This document shows, in pieces, positions 1 to 9,772 of a stretch of 64,000 bases of DNA. Source of the stretch: Oscillospiraceae bacterium (GTDB lineage Bacteria; Bacillota; Clostridia; Oscillospirales; Ruminococcaceae). Position numbers and translations under genes: made by a program. The stretch is from NCBI GenBank assembly GCA_021201235.1, contig JAJQFI010000024.1, forward strand, positions 266,657 to 330,656, given 5' to 3'. Positions within the stretch are counted from its first letter, which is position 1. Each line of letters begins with the position of its first letter. The notes under the pieces are model-generated. The model was given only the letters and a program-made list of their open reading frames with translations. It made no database searches and had not been told where the DNA came from.

Positions 1-121
1 CCAAACACCAACTGACTATGTAGCCGTTGCCTTCCATATATCCATCTTTACGGGTGTTTGCACCGATTACATTTGCTATGCTCTTTGCCACGCTCGGCTT
101 TTCTGCTATTACTAAAACCAC
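1..121 (-). CDS. topB: DNA topoisomerase III, first 40 codons only (continues off the left edge)
   Basis: Minus-strand translation from GTG 119-121 gives VVLVIAEKPSVAKSIANVIGANTRKDGYMEGNGYIVSWCL, a typical Toprim N-terminus. SD GGAGAG at 129-134. Not in the ORF track because it is partial. Confidence 0.75.
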   Translation of the reverse strand, partial: MVLVIAEKPSVAKSIANVIGANTRKDGYMEGNGYIVSWCL

Positions 122-136
122 TATAAATCTCTCCTT

Positions 137-958
137 TTATTCTTCGCTCTGACTGCCGTCAGATTCTTTAACTTCGTCCTCATTGATGATTTCAAGCCCA
201 TCGCCGATTTCCATGTTTTCGCTCTTGTAGTTGTCCGCTTCGTGCTTCGGCTTGTACACCTTAAGATAGAAGTACGCACCTCCACCGACTGCTACGGCTA
301 TAATAAGGACAATAATAACTACAGACATACTGCCGGATGATTCCTCATCCACCGTCACAGCAGGGGTTTCTGTATCCGAAGTATCTTCTGTATTCCCAGT
401 GCTGACGGCTTCATCCTCAAGGACAACACTTCCTTGTGAAGTGGTCGTAGTTGTGTCCGCTTCTTCCTCTATCTCTATAAAGTCCTGCAAGTCATACTCG
501 TCAATCGTCGAAAGCATATACACATTGTCACTCGAACGGTCGATTATGAGGTAGAAGATATTGCCGTTTGCTGTAGTTATCGTCAAGAACTCCATTTCGG
601 AGTCGTCGGTTATGTCATCTAACACTTCACCGTTACCTTCTACCGAGAAAGAGTTTCCTAAGTTCGTTTCTTCTTCGACTTCTTCCGTTTCAACTGAATC
701 AGTCACTATGTCTACATTGCCTGAGATTATTGTAATAACAGGCTCTGTCGTTACCGATTCAGTTTCGGGTGCTGTTACCGTTGTAACGTGTGTAGTCATC
801 GGCACTGTTTCCGCTTCTTTCACTGTAGTTACCACTGATTCTGTTGTCGCCGGCTCATCAAGAACCACGACTTCTTCTTCATCAGCAAATACTGTAACCG
901 TGCCGACAAGCAAGGCGCAAGCTACTGCCAGTGTCGCCATCATTCTTTTAATTCTCAT
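137..958 (-). CDS. DUF4366-like conjugative-element surface protein (signal peptide, acidic T/E-rich region, C-terminal TM anchor)
   Basis: Start moved to MRIKRMMATLAVACALLVGTVTVFA (SD GAGGAG upstream). C-terminal TM MSVVIIVLIIAVAVGGGAYFY. Sits beside a DUF4315-like gene, as in Clostridia ICEs. Confidence 0.6.
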   Translation of the reverse strand: MRIKRMMATLAVACALLVGTVTVFADEEEVVVLDEPATTESVVTTVKEAETVPMTTHVTTVTAPETESVTTEPVITIISGNVDIVTDSVETEEVEEETNLGNSFSVEGNGEVLDDITDDSEMEFLTITTANGNIFYLIIDRSSDNVYMLSTIDEYDLQDFIEIEEEADTTTTTSQGSVVLEDEAVSTGNTEDTSDTETPAVTVDEESSGSMSVVIIVLIIAVAVGGGAYFYLKVYKPKHEADNYKSENMEIGDGLEIINEDEVKESDGSQSEE

Positions 959-1292
959 TTTGGTACTCCTCACTTTCCGGTGCCAACTCCGGCACCTGTT
1001 CTTCGGGAACAGAATCATCACTGTCCGTCCCCTTTTCTGTCTTCTTTTTCTGCTCTTTAGCTTGAACGGCGGTCTCATCTTTGACGAACTTTACGGTTCC
1101 GTCCTTGATACCTTCAAGCATTTCAGCCAAGCCCCAACCACTTAAGTTAAGACCACGGATACTTCTGATGATTTCCTGATCCTCATCCGCTTTTAAGGAC
1201 GCTTGCAAATCTTCAAGATGCTTTTGAAGAGCCTTGAGCTTTGCCTCCGTTTTGTCTATGTCCCCTAACTGCCGGGTTATCTTTTTGTTCAT
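948..1292 (-). CDS. DUF4315-like small coiled-coil protein
   Basis: 114-aa charged, helical ORF in the conserved ICE position between the CD1108-like and DUF4366-like genes. Confidence 0.5.
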   Translation of the reverse strand: MNKKITRQLGDIDKTEAKLKALQKHLEDLQASLKADEDQEIIRSIRGLNLSGWGLAEMLEGIKDGTVKFVKDETAVQAKEQKKKTEKGTDSDDSVPEEQVPELAPESEEYQNEN

Positions 1293-1307
1293 GAGTCTTG
1301 TCCTCCT

Positions 1308-3089
1308 TTATGTTTCTCCAAACAGGTCACTACGGTTTCCGTAAGTAGCATTGTATAGGTCGTATAGGCTTGCTTCGTCGGTTGTCATCCTGTTACTAAC
1401 TGTCTCATCGAAACCGTTATTTACAAGCGTGACTTTCAGTGTCCTATACAGATACTCAACCTCCGCCTCGTACTCGTAATACATTACTGTCAGTCGTCCC
1501 GTATATGGGTCAGTTACAAGCATTGTACCTATCTGCGTCTCAGTCCGTGTCCTGACTTCAACTTCTTCCGCTATTATTAGCGTATATTGCTGTAGGAACA
1601 GCGTTTGCAGTTCAGAAGCAACGTCCGCATAAGTGAACTCACCGTACTTTACCGTCAGGTAAGATATTAGCATATACGGGTCGTGATAGATGTCGTCTAT
1701 CTCGTAGCTGTACTCGTCATAACCGGGATAAGTGGCTACCGTATTGCAAATCTGCGTATACAGTGCCGTTTCCAGCGAGAGATAAGCACTTTCGACGGCA
1801 TAGATGTCATCGTCATCGCTTGAGTAGGTCGTGGAGATAAACGAGTTTTGGATGCCCTGAAAGATTGCAGTACAGCTTGTAAACATTGCGGCGACAATCA
1901 CGATTAGTATCATGATTGCACCCAACCCTATAAGAATGCCCTTGCTATTTTCTAAGACAGAATGTACCCACTCTTTGACCTTATCCGTTACCTTTGATGT
2001 CGCTTTCGCCGCATCTCCAGAAGCAGTTTTACCCTGTTTAGTCGCAGTATAGGCTTCCTTGTACTGATTCTTCTGCCAGACGTGCTTAACAGAACTTTTC
2101 TTTTCAGCAGTCTCCTTAGAAGATTTAACGCTGACAGAACCAGTTGTCTCTTGTCCGCCTTCTTCTGCGGAGAACTTGAGCCTCCCAGATGTACTCTCGG
2201 TTTCCGTCTCCTGTTTCACCTCACGGCGAGATTCGCTCTCCGTCTTGCGATTATTGGATTTGCCGGATACTTTGTGAACTCCGCTTTCCGTCAAGAGTTC
2301 CGCTTGGTGTAGACCCTCCACAGCACTGTTGTCCTGTTCGGCTTCATGAAGCTTTGTGTGAGCGTATCCCACTGCAACTGAAGTCGCTCCCGAAACCACT
2401 TTCTTGCCTATACCCATTCCTGCGCCATGAACCATGCCATCTTGTTCATCGTCAAAAGATAAGCGTCCGGGCTTTTTCCTTGCTTCTTCTTTTTGTTCTG
2501 TAGAACTTACTGAAGCTTTCTTTTTACCCTGCTTATCTTTCTGCTTTCGCTGTTCCGAATTTAATCGCTCCCGCTTGGATTTTCGGGTTATCTCACCCGT
2601 ATAATCCGTTAGGTCAATTTCCTCCGGAATCAAGCTTTCTGAAAGCCTCGACGGAGCTTCTAAAGCGTCGGTCTCCACTTCTGATTGAACATCTGACAAT
2701 ACCTCTGTTTGAGATTCTAAGGCTTCATCAGCCTTAGAAAAATCTCGCTTAGTTGGAATCTCAGCAATTTTCTCTTGAACTATCTCGCTGTCGCCGAGAA
2801 TTTCGCTTTCTACTTCCGTCTCAACCTCAGTTTCAGGGATTTCAGATTCTTCTTTGTTGGAAGTCATCTTATGGTACTCCTGAACCTGTTTCTTCTGCCG
2901 GTTATGCCGCATTTCAGAAGCTGTCTTAAGCGTTGCACCCACGGTGGAATGCTCGCTTACTTCTGTCATTCTTGCGGAATGAGAAGATAACTTTGTATCA
3001 GGCTCGGTCTCTGTAATCTCGCTTTCAGTAACAGGAGATTCTGTCTGCTCAGGCATCTTTAAAGTCTCATCAGCTTTAAGTTCCGCCAC
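1308..3089 (-). CDS. CD1108-like mobile-element membrane protein (long acidic/disordered N-terminus, one TM, conserved C-terminal domain)
   Basis: GTG start with SD GGAGGTGA. TM GILIGLGAIMILIVIVAAMF. The C-terminal Y/D/E-rich domain ends GNRSDLFGET. Lies immediately downstream of VirB4. Confidence 0.45.
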   Translation of the reverse strand: MAELKADETLKMPEQTESPVTESEITETEPDTKLSSHSARMTEVSEHSTVGATLKTASEMRHNRQKKQVQEYHKMTSNKEESEIPETEVETEVESEILGDSEIVQEKIAEIPTKRDFSKADEALESQTEVLSDVQSEVETDALEAPSRLSESLIPEEIDLTDYTGEITRKSKRERLNSEQRKQKDKQGKKKASVSSTEQKEEARKKPGRLSFDDEQDGMVHGAGMGIGKKVVSGATSVAVGYAHTKLHEAEQDNSAVEGLHQAELLTESGVHKVSGKSNNRKTESESRREVKQETETESTSGRLKFSAEEGGQETTGSVSVKSSKETAEKKSSVKHVWQKNQYKEAYTATKQGKTASGDAAKATSKVTDKVKEWVHSVLENSKGILIGLGAIMILIVIVAAMFTSCTAIFQGIQNSFISTTYSSDDDDIYAVESAYLSLETALYTQICNTVATYPGYDEYSYEIDDIYHDPYMLISYLTVKYGEFTYADVASELQTLFLQQYTLIIAEEVEVRTRTETQIGTMLVTDPYTGRLTVMYYEYEAEVEYLYRTLKVTLVNNGFDETVSNRMTTDEASLYDLYNATYGNRSDLFGET

Positions 3090-3105
3090 TTATCTCACCT
3101 CCGTC

Positions 3106-5883
3106 TCAGTTTTGCTTCTCAGCCTCTTGCCGTGCCGCTACATCTTCGGGTCTTGTAGACATGATTGAGTAGAGCTTCAGGGACTTATCGAAGTGATCCT
3201 TGAACGGGATAATGGTGTTACCATAAAACAAGAGTCCCTCGCCTGCACCGCTGTTTGTGACGTAAGATAGCTGATATGGGCTTATGTTCAGTTGCTTCGC
3301 CAGGATTTGTCTGTCTCCTGCCGCTTGGTTGAGCATCAGGATAAAGTCGCTGTTTTCAAAGATGTTCTCAATTTCACGGCTTGCGAGCAAATCCTTGATG
3401 TTCTGCGTGATTCCCGTCGGGATGCCTCCCCACTTTCTGAATCGCTTCCAGATTTCAACCGAGTATGCGGCAGTCTGTTCTTCCTTTAGAAGAAGATGGA
3501 ACTCGTCTATATAGTATCTGGTGGACTTATGCTCAGAACGGTTAATAGTCACTCTGTTCCAAACCTGATCCTGAATAATGAGCATTCCGAGCTTCTTTAA
3601 CTGCTTGCCGAGGTCTTTTATGTCATAGCAGACAATTCGGTTATCCAGTCTCACGTTTGTCCGGTGATTGAAGACTTTTAAAGAACCGTTGACATAGATT
3701 TCAAGTGCCGTTGCAATCCTCTGTGCCTGTGCTTCTTTCTGGTTTCTCAGACAGTTATACAGGTCACCGAGAACCGGCATATTCTCAGGAATCGGATTCT
3801 CAAAATATTTCTGGTAGACAAGTGGCAGACACCTGTCTATAACCGACTTTTCTTCCGCTTCTATGCCGTCTCTTGAACCCATAATAAGCTCGCAAAGCGA
3901 CAGGATGAAGTCAGACTTTACTCCGAGAGGGTTGTCGTCTTCCGAGTAGTTCATGTTGATGTCCATAGGGTTTATGTAATCGTGGCTTGAAGCAGATATA
4001 TGGATTACCTGTCCACCAAGCTCATGAACCAACGGATAGTACTCTCCCTCCGGGTCGCTTATTATGATGTCATCTTGAGTTACAAAGAACGCATTGGTTA
4101 TTTCTCTCTTCGCCGCAAATGATTTGCCACTGCCAGGTGTACCGAGGATAAGCCCGTTCGGGTTCTTAAGCCTCTTTCGGTCTACCATGATGACGTTATT
4201 GGAAAGAGCATTTAAGCCGTAGTACAGCGACTCGCCAGACATGAACAGCTCCTGCGTTGTGAACGGCACAAAGATTGCCGTTGATGTCGTTGTCAAACCC
4301 CGTTTAATCGGGATGTGATTTACTCCGAGGGGAAGACTGCTCATTAAGCCTTCTTCCTGCATATAGTCGAGACGTCTTAAAACACAGTTATACTTCTGAG
4401 CTATTCCCGCTATCTGGAATATGGAGTTTTCAAGCTCCTGCTTTGTCTTACCTGTGTTTAAGAACATTACCGTTACAAGGAACATCCTCTCGTTACGGGA
4501 CTGCAAGTCATCTAAAAGCTTCTTTGCTTCTCCTCCATAAGTCGCAAGGTCTGACGGGATGATGTCCATATCATATCCTGCGCGGACTGCCTTTTTCTGC
4601 TCCTCAATCTTCATACGGTTGATGTCCGTCACCTTGCTCTTTACAAGCTTTATAGCCTTTGCCTGATCAAGTGACTGGACGTGAAGATTGACAATCAGGT
4701 CCTTGTCTACATCCAAAAACTCGGCAAGCATTTTGTCAGTCAGTTCTGGTGCCATAATCTGCAGGTATGATGCCGCACCATAGGTATCGCCCATCATAAA
4801 GTCCTTGCCGGATTTAAAGAGAAAACTTGTCGGTGCAACAAAATCCTTTGTGCCTAACCCTGTTCTTAAAATCTGGTCGTAGGTAAACGTGAACGGTATC
4901 TGACAATCGGGATTGAAGGTCTCTCGCAAAATTGCAAGTCTCTCCGCTCCGTTCAGCGGATATGCCATTACTCCAAGAACCTTGAAGTTATTTAAGATGT
5001 CCGCTTCTATTCTTTCAAGCTTCGGTCTTGCTTTCTGCAAGCTTTCCGATTCAACAGAGAACGTAACATACTTGGATTTTACAAGTCCGTTGTTACCCTT
5101 TGCGAGCTGATTGCGGAGCATCTGAGCGTACTCCATCCGCACATCGTCATAGTCGTCGTTCTGTGGAGCAATACTGATTACATCCTCGTACTCCTTCATA
5201 TTGCTCCTGTGATTGACAAAGGATAACTGAAAGTGAATCGAGCTGTCGAAGTAGTTGAGGAAGTCGCACCAGCCCTCAAAGATGGTGTTCTTGTCCTCGT
5301 TCTGCGCCAACTGATAGTTGATGTCGTAGAAGCGGATAGTCTTTGAATAGGTATGTTCAGACACCCTACAGATGCCGTCCTTACCCATTTCCTTGTATGC
5401 AATGGTATCCTGAACGCTCAGGCGTTTCTTCTTAGCCGCCTTATCCTCCTTACGTCCGTTACCGCCGACAGGCTTTTTCCCACCGCCGTTGCTTTTAGCA
5501 GAGTTCTTCTTTTTTGAGGGGCTTCGCTTCTCTTTTACAGTGGATGTCTCTACTATAGGCTCCACGGTTGCGGCTTCGTACAGATTCTCTGTTTCGTAAC
5601 GCCGAACGGCGGGCTTACGGAATCGCACATTGATAACATTCTTTAAAACCTGTTCTAAGTGCAAGCCATCCTTCTCGTACATAGCAAAAAGAAACTCAGG
5701 TAGCATGAGAAGTACCATTCCTGTCGCCGCTGTACTTGTACCGAGATAATTCTTTGTAAGGAAATAGAACGGTATTCCAATCGCCGCGCCTATAGCAATG
5801 CAGACAATCTGTCTTAAGGTCAGGTTAAAAGCGACCTTGTTCTTAACCTTCGTCAGGTCTTTTGGAACCGCTACATATGCCAT
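3106..5883 (-). CDS. VirB4-family conjugal transfer ATPase with fused N-terminal PrgI/VirB3-like membrane domain
   Basis: 925 aa. Two N-terminal TMs, Walker A GTPGSGKSF, Walker B-like YYIDEFH. Confidence 0.9.
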   Translation of the reverse strand: MAYVAVPKDLTKVKNKVAFNLTLRQIVCIAIGAAIGIPFYFLTKNYLGTSTAATGMVLLMLPEFLFAMYEKDGLHLEQVLKNVINVRFRKPAVRRYETENLYEAATVEPIVETSTVKEKRSPSKKKNSAKSNGGGKKPVGGNGRKEDKAAKKKRLSVQDTIAYKEMGKDGICRVSEHTYSKTIRFYDINYQLAQNEDKNTIFEGWCDFLNYFDSSIHFQLSFVNHRSNMKEYEDVISIAPQNDDYDDVRMEYAQMLRNQLAKGNNGLVKSKYVTFSVESESLQKARPKLERIEADILNNFKVLGVMAYPLNGAERLAILRETFNPDCQIPFTFTYDQILRTGLGTKDFVAPTSFLFKSGKDFMMGDTYGAASYLQIMAPELTDKMLAEFLDVDKDLIVNLHVQSLDQAKAIKLVKSKVTDINRMKIEEQKKAVRAGYDMDIIPSDLATYGGEAKKLLDDLQSRNERMFLVTVMFLNTGKTKQELENSIFQIAGIAQKYNCVLRRLDYMQEEGLMSSLPLGVNHIPIKRGLTTTSTAIFVPFTTQELFMSGESLYYGLNALSNNVIMVDRKRLKNPNGLILGTPGSGKSFAAKREITNAFFVTQDDIIISDPEGEYYPLVHELGGQVIHISASSHDYINPMDINMNYSEDDNPLGVKSDFILSLCELIMGSRDGIEAEEKSVIDRCLPLVYQKYFENPIPENMPVLGDLYNCLRNQKEAQAQRIATALEIYVNGSLKVFNHRTNVRLDNRIVCYDIKDLGKQLKKLGMLIIQDQVWNRVTINRSEHKSTRYYIDEFHLLLKEEQTAAYSVEIWKRFRKWGGIPTGITQNIKDLLASREIENIFENSDFILMLNQAAGDRQILAKQLNISPYQLSYVTNSGAGEGLLFYGNTIIPFKDHFDKSLKLYSIMSTRPEDVAARQEAEKQN

Positions 5884-5976
5884 TTATTTACCTTGGGTAA
5901 GAGAAATCTTTCAGCAGGGGAATTGCCATCCCTGTACCCATTCCTTTCATTCGATTTCCCCATAAATTCACTACTC

Positions 5977-6849
5977 TTAATGAGCATTGAATATTGACTT
6001 ACTGAGTGTTCCTGTCTTCATCAGGCTGAAACACAGTATAACTGTATACGCCGCTACACCAAAGAGAGACGAGTGGATGTTACTTGTCATAGGAATAGAG
6101 GCGACCAAAGCCGCATAGATTCCGACACACACCATCATCAGAAACGCCTGGAATGCCAGAGCGAAAAGTCCTCTGAAATAGTTTGTACCCATCTGTCCCC
6201 ATTCTCTATTGGACATGGTTGCAAACGGGATTGGTGCCACCGATGTATACAGATAAATTTCAATCATGCGTCCGTACAGAATAACTGTTATGAGGATCGA
6301 CATGATTTTCATACAAAAGCTGACGATAAAGGTCTTCAATACAAGAACGAACAGCTCTCCTATTCCCATGGATTCCATAGCTACATCCATAGCGGAAATC
6401 ATGGAAGTGATGTCAATAGCAGTTGAGCCGCTTATAACTCCGGCGGCACTGTTGACAACATTCTGACCGAGGTCAAAAACAGCCATCGTGATTGTCCATG
6501 TGTTACTGACGAGATAAACCGCTACCCACATTTTAAAAAAATACTTGAAGAACATCCAAGTATCTATTTCGTGCATATTGTTTTTCTCCGTCAGCATGGA
6601 AATAAGCTCATAGCACAGGACCATCGTAATGATGATCCCGGCTATAGGTACAATCACCGAATTAGACAGGTTCTGTACCATGCTGTATATACTGCTGTTC
6701 CATCCTTGTGGGGTCATCCCAACCTGGGTTGCAATTTCGCTTGTCTTTTCGTTGACATCGGTGAACATTGTCTCCAAGTTGGAATCGACCATGCCTGTCA
6801 GGAGATTCCGCATCCACTCATTTATCGCGTCAAAGATTTTGTCGAACAT
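5977..6849 (-). CDS. VirB6/TrbL-like polytopic T4SS membrane protein (CD1112-like)
   Basis: 290 aa with multiple TM segments, located between the Maff2 and VirB4 genes. Confidence 0.6.
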   Translation of the reverse strand: MFDKIFDAINEWMRNLLTGMVDSNLETMFTDVNEKTSEIATQVGMTPQGWNSSIYSMVQNLSNSVIVPIAGIIITMVLCYELISMLTEKNNMHEIDTWMFFKYFFKMWVAVYLVSNTWTITMAVFDLGQNVVNSAAGVISGSTAIDITSMISAMDVAMESMGIGELFVLVLKTFIVSFCMKIMSILITVILYGRMIEIYLYTSVAPIPFATMSNREWGQMGTNYFRGLFALAFQAFLMMVCVGIYAALVASIPMTSNIHSSLFGVAAYTVILCFSLMKTGTLSKSIFNAH

Positions 6850-6871
6850 GGAATCTCTCCCTCCCTAAGAA

Positions 6872-7087
6872 TTATCCGAACAGGTTACTGAGCAACGGAA
6901 CAAGCTGTGTGCCTATAAGGATGACACCGCCGCCCGCCATGAGCTGCTTCATACCCTGAGACTTTGCGCCAGGGTTATCGTTTCCGTAACCCTCCAAAAG
7001 ATTGATTACTCCCCATACACCGAGACCTGCGCCAATGGCGACTACGAGGGTCTGAAGGATAGATATTGCACTTGTGAAAAAACTCAT
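6872..7087 (-). CDS. Maff2-family small membrane protein
   Basis: 71 aa with two TMs. The motif GAGLGVWGVINLLEGYGNDNPGAKSQG is characteristic of Maff2 proteins of Clostridia ICEs. Confidence 0.75.
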   Translation of the reverse strand: MSFFTSAISILQTLVVAIGAGLGVWGVINLLEGYGNDNPGAKSQGMKQLMAGGGVILIGTQLVPLLSNLFG

Positions 7088-7267
7088 TCTTTTTCTTGAA
7101 GCTGACTTTCATTCTCTTGGGTTTTCTTTTGATTTTCAAAGCATTCAGTCAGGAAACGCAGATTTTCCGCATCCCCAAGTCAGCTTCGTCTCCTCTCAAT
7201 TTTGATTTTTGTTCACCTGACTGCTGCTTGCCTTGGAGACGCCGAAGAAAAAGGGGATAAAAGTGCG

Positions 7268-7301
7268 AAAAAAAAGCCGTCAAGATACAATCCTGACGGC
7301 T
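7268..7301 (-). terminator. Intrinsic terminator after the VirD4 gene
   Basis: Hairpin AGCCGTCA..TGACGGCT (7275-7301) followed on the minus strand by a 7-U run (7268-7274). Confidence 0.7.
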
Positions 7302-7417
7302 TTATCAAACCTAATATTCTTTTTCATCCATAGTCTCTCATTCTCTTTATCCTGCCTATCCCATCAGGGATCAGCCCGGATGGGTGGTAGCACCACCTTA
7401 TATCACCTTCCTTTCTT

Positions 7418-9211
7418 TTACACAGTAGCTACCTCCGCTACTTCTTCGTCCGTCACTTCTACTTCATAAGTATCAAACTCCTCGTTGACACCCATTTGCA
7501 AGTAACGATTGATGTATCTCTCAACGTCAAACGCATTCCTGTCATCATAGTCCGCAAGCTCTTTATACCGCTTGTGCTTGGTAATATCGAACTTGTCCGA
7601 CAAGAACGGTCTGACGCCTCTGACTTGCAATATGCACTTGTTTCCATCCATAACCGATAGCTCGTCCCTGCTCATCAGCTCTTTACCCGTCTTCTGGTAG
7701 TTCAACCCATAAGATCGGCTCTGTCCACGGGTATCTGAGGTATTGAACAGGTCAATAGTCTCTTTGCCCAGTGTTTCCGAGATTTCTTTTAAGGTACTGC
7801 TTTCTTTCCCTCCCAAGAAAAGCATTGTGTCGCAGTTACCCGTTATAGTCTCTGCCGCGTCCTTGTAGATAGTTTTGAGCTGTGATTGTGACTGCAAAAT
7901 AATAGAAGCCGATATTTCACGGCTCCTTATTGTTGCGATGAGTTTATCGAATTTGGGGATGGTGCCGATGTTTGCGAACTCGTCGAGCAGAAGTCTTACA
8001 TGAACAGGTAATCGTCCTCCATGCTCGTCGTCTGCTTTATCGCAGAGAAGGTTGAATAGCTGACTGTACATTATAGCCACGACGAAATTAAACGTGTCAT
8101 CGGTGTCCGAGATGATGACGAACATCGCCGTTCTTCTCTCACCGAGCATATCCAGTTCCATCTCGTCATAAGACATGAGGTCTCGAAGTTCCTTAATATC
8201 GAACGGAGCGAGTCGCGCACCGCAAGATATTAGAATAGACTTGGCTGTCTTTCCTGCTGCAAGTTTGTATTTCTTGTATTGCTTGACAGCGAAGTGATCC
8301 GGCTCTCTGCTTTCAAGCTCATCAAACATGAGGTCAACGGGATTTTTGAAGTTTTCATCGTCCTCTCTGGCTTCTGAAGCATTTATCATTTCGAGCAGTG
8401 TCGTAAAGTTTTTCTCGTGTTCAGGTGCTTCGTACCAGATGTAGCCTATAAGAGCCGTGTAATAGAGCTTTTCAGCCTTTACCCAGAAATCCTCGCCGGA
8501 TTTCTCGCCGTCCCCCTTGGTATTGGCAATAATCGTATTGACCAGTTTCAGGATATCCTTCTCGCTTCTTATGTAAGCAAACGGGTTGTAGTGCATCGAC
8601 TTTTTGAAGTTGATGGTGTTCAGTGATTTGATGACATAGCCGTTCTTTTCAAGCATCCTGCCACACTCTACTAATACTGTACCCTTTGGGTCAGTAACAA
8701 CATAGGAACTGTGCATTTGCATGAGATTTGGCTTCACGAAAAATCGCGTTTTTCCTGAGCCAGAACCGCCGATAACAAGGATATTCTTGTTTCTGGCGTA
8801 CTTCGGTTGTGCCGGACGGCTGTTCATCGTGAGTGCTTCCGTCTGAGTAAGTATTACGTTTTTGGAGAACTCCGGGTCGATATATGGCTGGATATCCTCC
8901 GGCTTGCCCCAACGGGCTGAACCGTATTCCTCACCTTGGCGGAACTTCTTACGGTTTTTACCTTTCATGTAGACTGCAAGCTTGAGCAAGGCTGCTGCCG
9001 CTACTCCAACAAACAAGTCAATCGGATTGAAGCTTGGGAGAGGGCTTGAAAACGCTGTTCCGAAATTTGCGAAGCCGCTTGTCAGCTTATCCACCATTTC
9101 GGTACCGGGTGCTGAGCGGAAGACCGCAAAAATCTTGTTTACGAAGTAGAACGCAAACACATACGGAAGATTGAGGAGTATGAGCCGTTTGAAATCTATC
9201 TTTTTACTCAT
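7418..9211 (-). CDS. VirD4/TraG-family type IV coupling protein
   Basis: 597 aa. N-terminal TMs, Walker A GGSGSGKT, Walker B LLLDEFAN. Confidence 0.9.
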   Translation of the reverse strand: MSKKIDFKRLILLNLPYVFAFYFVNKIFAVFRSAPGTEMVDKLTSGFANFGTAFSSPLPSFNPIDLFVGVAAAALLKLAVYMKGKNRKKFRQGEEYGSARWGKPEDIQPYIDPEFSKNVILTQTEALTMNSRPAQPKYARNKNILVIGGSGSGKTRFFVKPNLMQMHSSYVVTDPKGTVLVECGRMLEKNGYVIKSLNTINFKKSMHYNPFAYIRSEKDILKLVNTIIANTKGDGEKSGEDFWVKAEKLYYTALIGYIWYEAPEHEKNFTTLLEMINASEAREDDENFKNPVDLMFDELESREPDHFAVKQYKKYKLAAGKTAKSILISCGARLAPFDIKELRDLMSYDEMELDMLGERRTAMFVIISDTDDTFNFVVAIMYSQLFNLLCDKADDEHGGRLPVHVRLLLDEFANIGTIPKFDKLIATIRSREISASIILQSQSQLKTIYKDAAETITGNCDTMLFLGGKESSTLKEISETLGKETIDLFNTSDTRGQSRSYGLNYQKTGKELMSRDELSVMDGNKCILQVRGVRPFLSDKFDITKHKRYKELADYDDRNAFDVERYINRYLQMGVNEEFDTYEVEVTDEEVAEVATV

Positions 9212-9699
9212 AAATCCATTCCTCGCTCCTTGCTCTTGACCTTGACCTTTTCCCGCTGTTGATTCTTAGACTGCTCCTGATGACGGGAGAGCTTCTGAAG
9301 CAGCGAGGGCTTTTCGTTCTTTATGAGTGACTTTGCGGAAAACTCCTTGAACGCCTGAGTCATGACATCCACATCCCGTCCTTTGAAGAAGACGAGGTAA
9401 CGAGGAGGCTGACCGGCAGTATCCTTCATGAGGGAATAGTCGATTCCATACTTCTTTGCAGTGCGCTCGAATGACTTTATATTTCCGTCTGTCACCTCGA
9501 TTTTGCTGAGAGCGGAGTTCTGCTCGATTAGATGCTTGATTGACTGCTTGCCCCGATAAGTCTTCGGCTGAGAAGCAGACTTCTGAGCCTTCTCGATTTC
9601 CTCAATGAACTTCTTGAGAGCCTTGTTCAGCACCTCTCCGGTAACTTTTCCGCCTTTGATTGCTATTGCAACAACCTTGGTGTTTACTTCGTCCTGCAT
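9208..9699 (-). CDS. PcfB-family conjugation accessory protein
   Basis: 163 aa. Overlaps the VirD4 start by 4 nt, the usual PcfB-VirD4 pairing. Confidence 0.55.
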   Translation of the reverse strand: MQDEVNTKVVAIAIKGGKVTGEVLNKALKKFIEEIEKAQKSASQPKTYRGKQSIKHLIEQNSALSKIEVTDGNIKSFERTAKKYGIDYSLMKDTAGQPPRYLVFFKGRDVDVMTQAFKEFSAKSLIKNEKPSLLQKLSRHQEQSKNQQREKVKVKSKERGMDL

Positions 9700-9772
9700 T
9701 GAATCACTCCTTTCGTGGAATTATTGGGGAGAATCCGGATCTACGGCGGAAATCCCCGATAGTAGATAATTA

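Noticed and set aside
7088-7417. Possible oriT or sRNA in the 330-bp Maff2-VirD4 intergenic region (hairpin CCCATC..GATGGG at about 7355-7385)
   Set aside because: No relaxase gene or recognisable nick-site motif is in the window. The region is adequately explained by the VirD4 terminator plus a promoter for the downstream operon.
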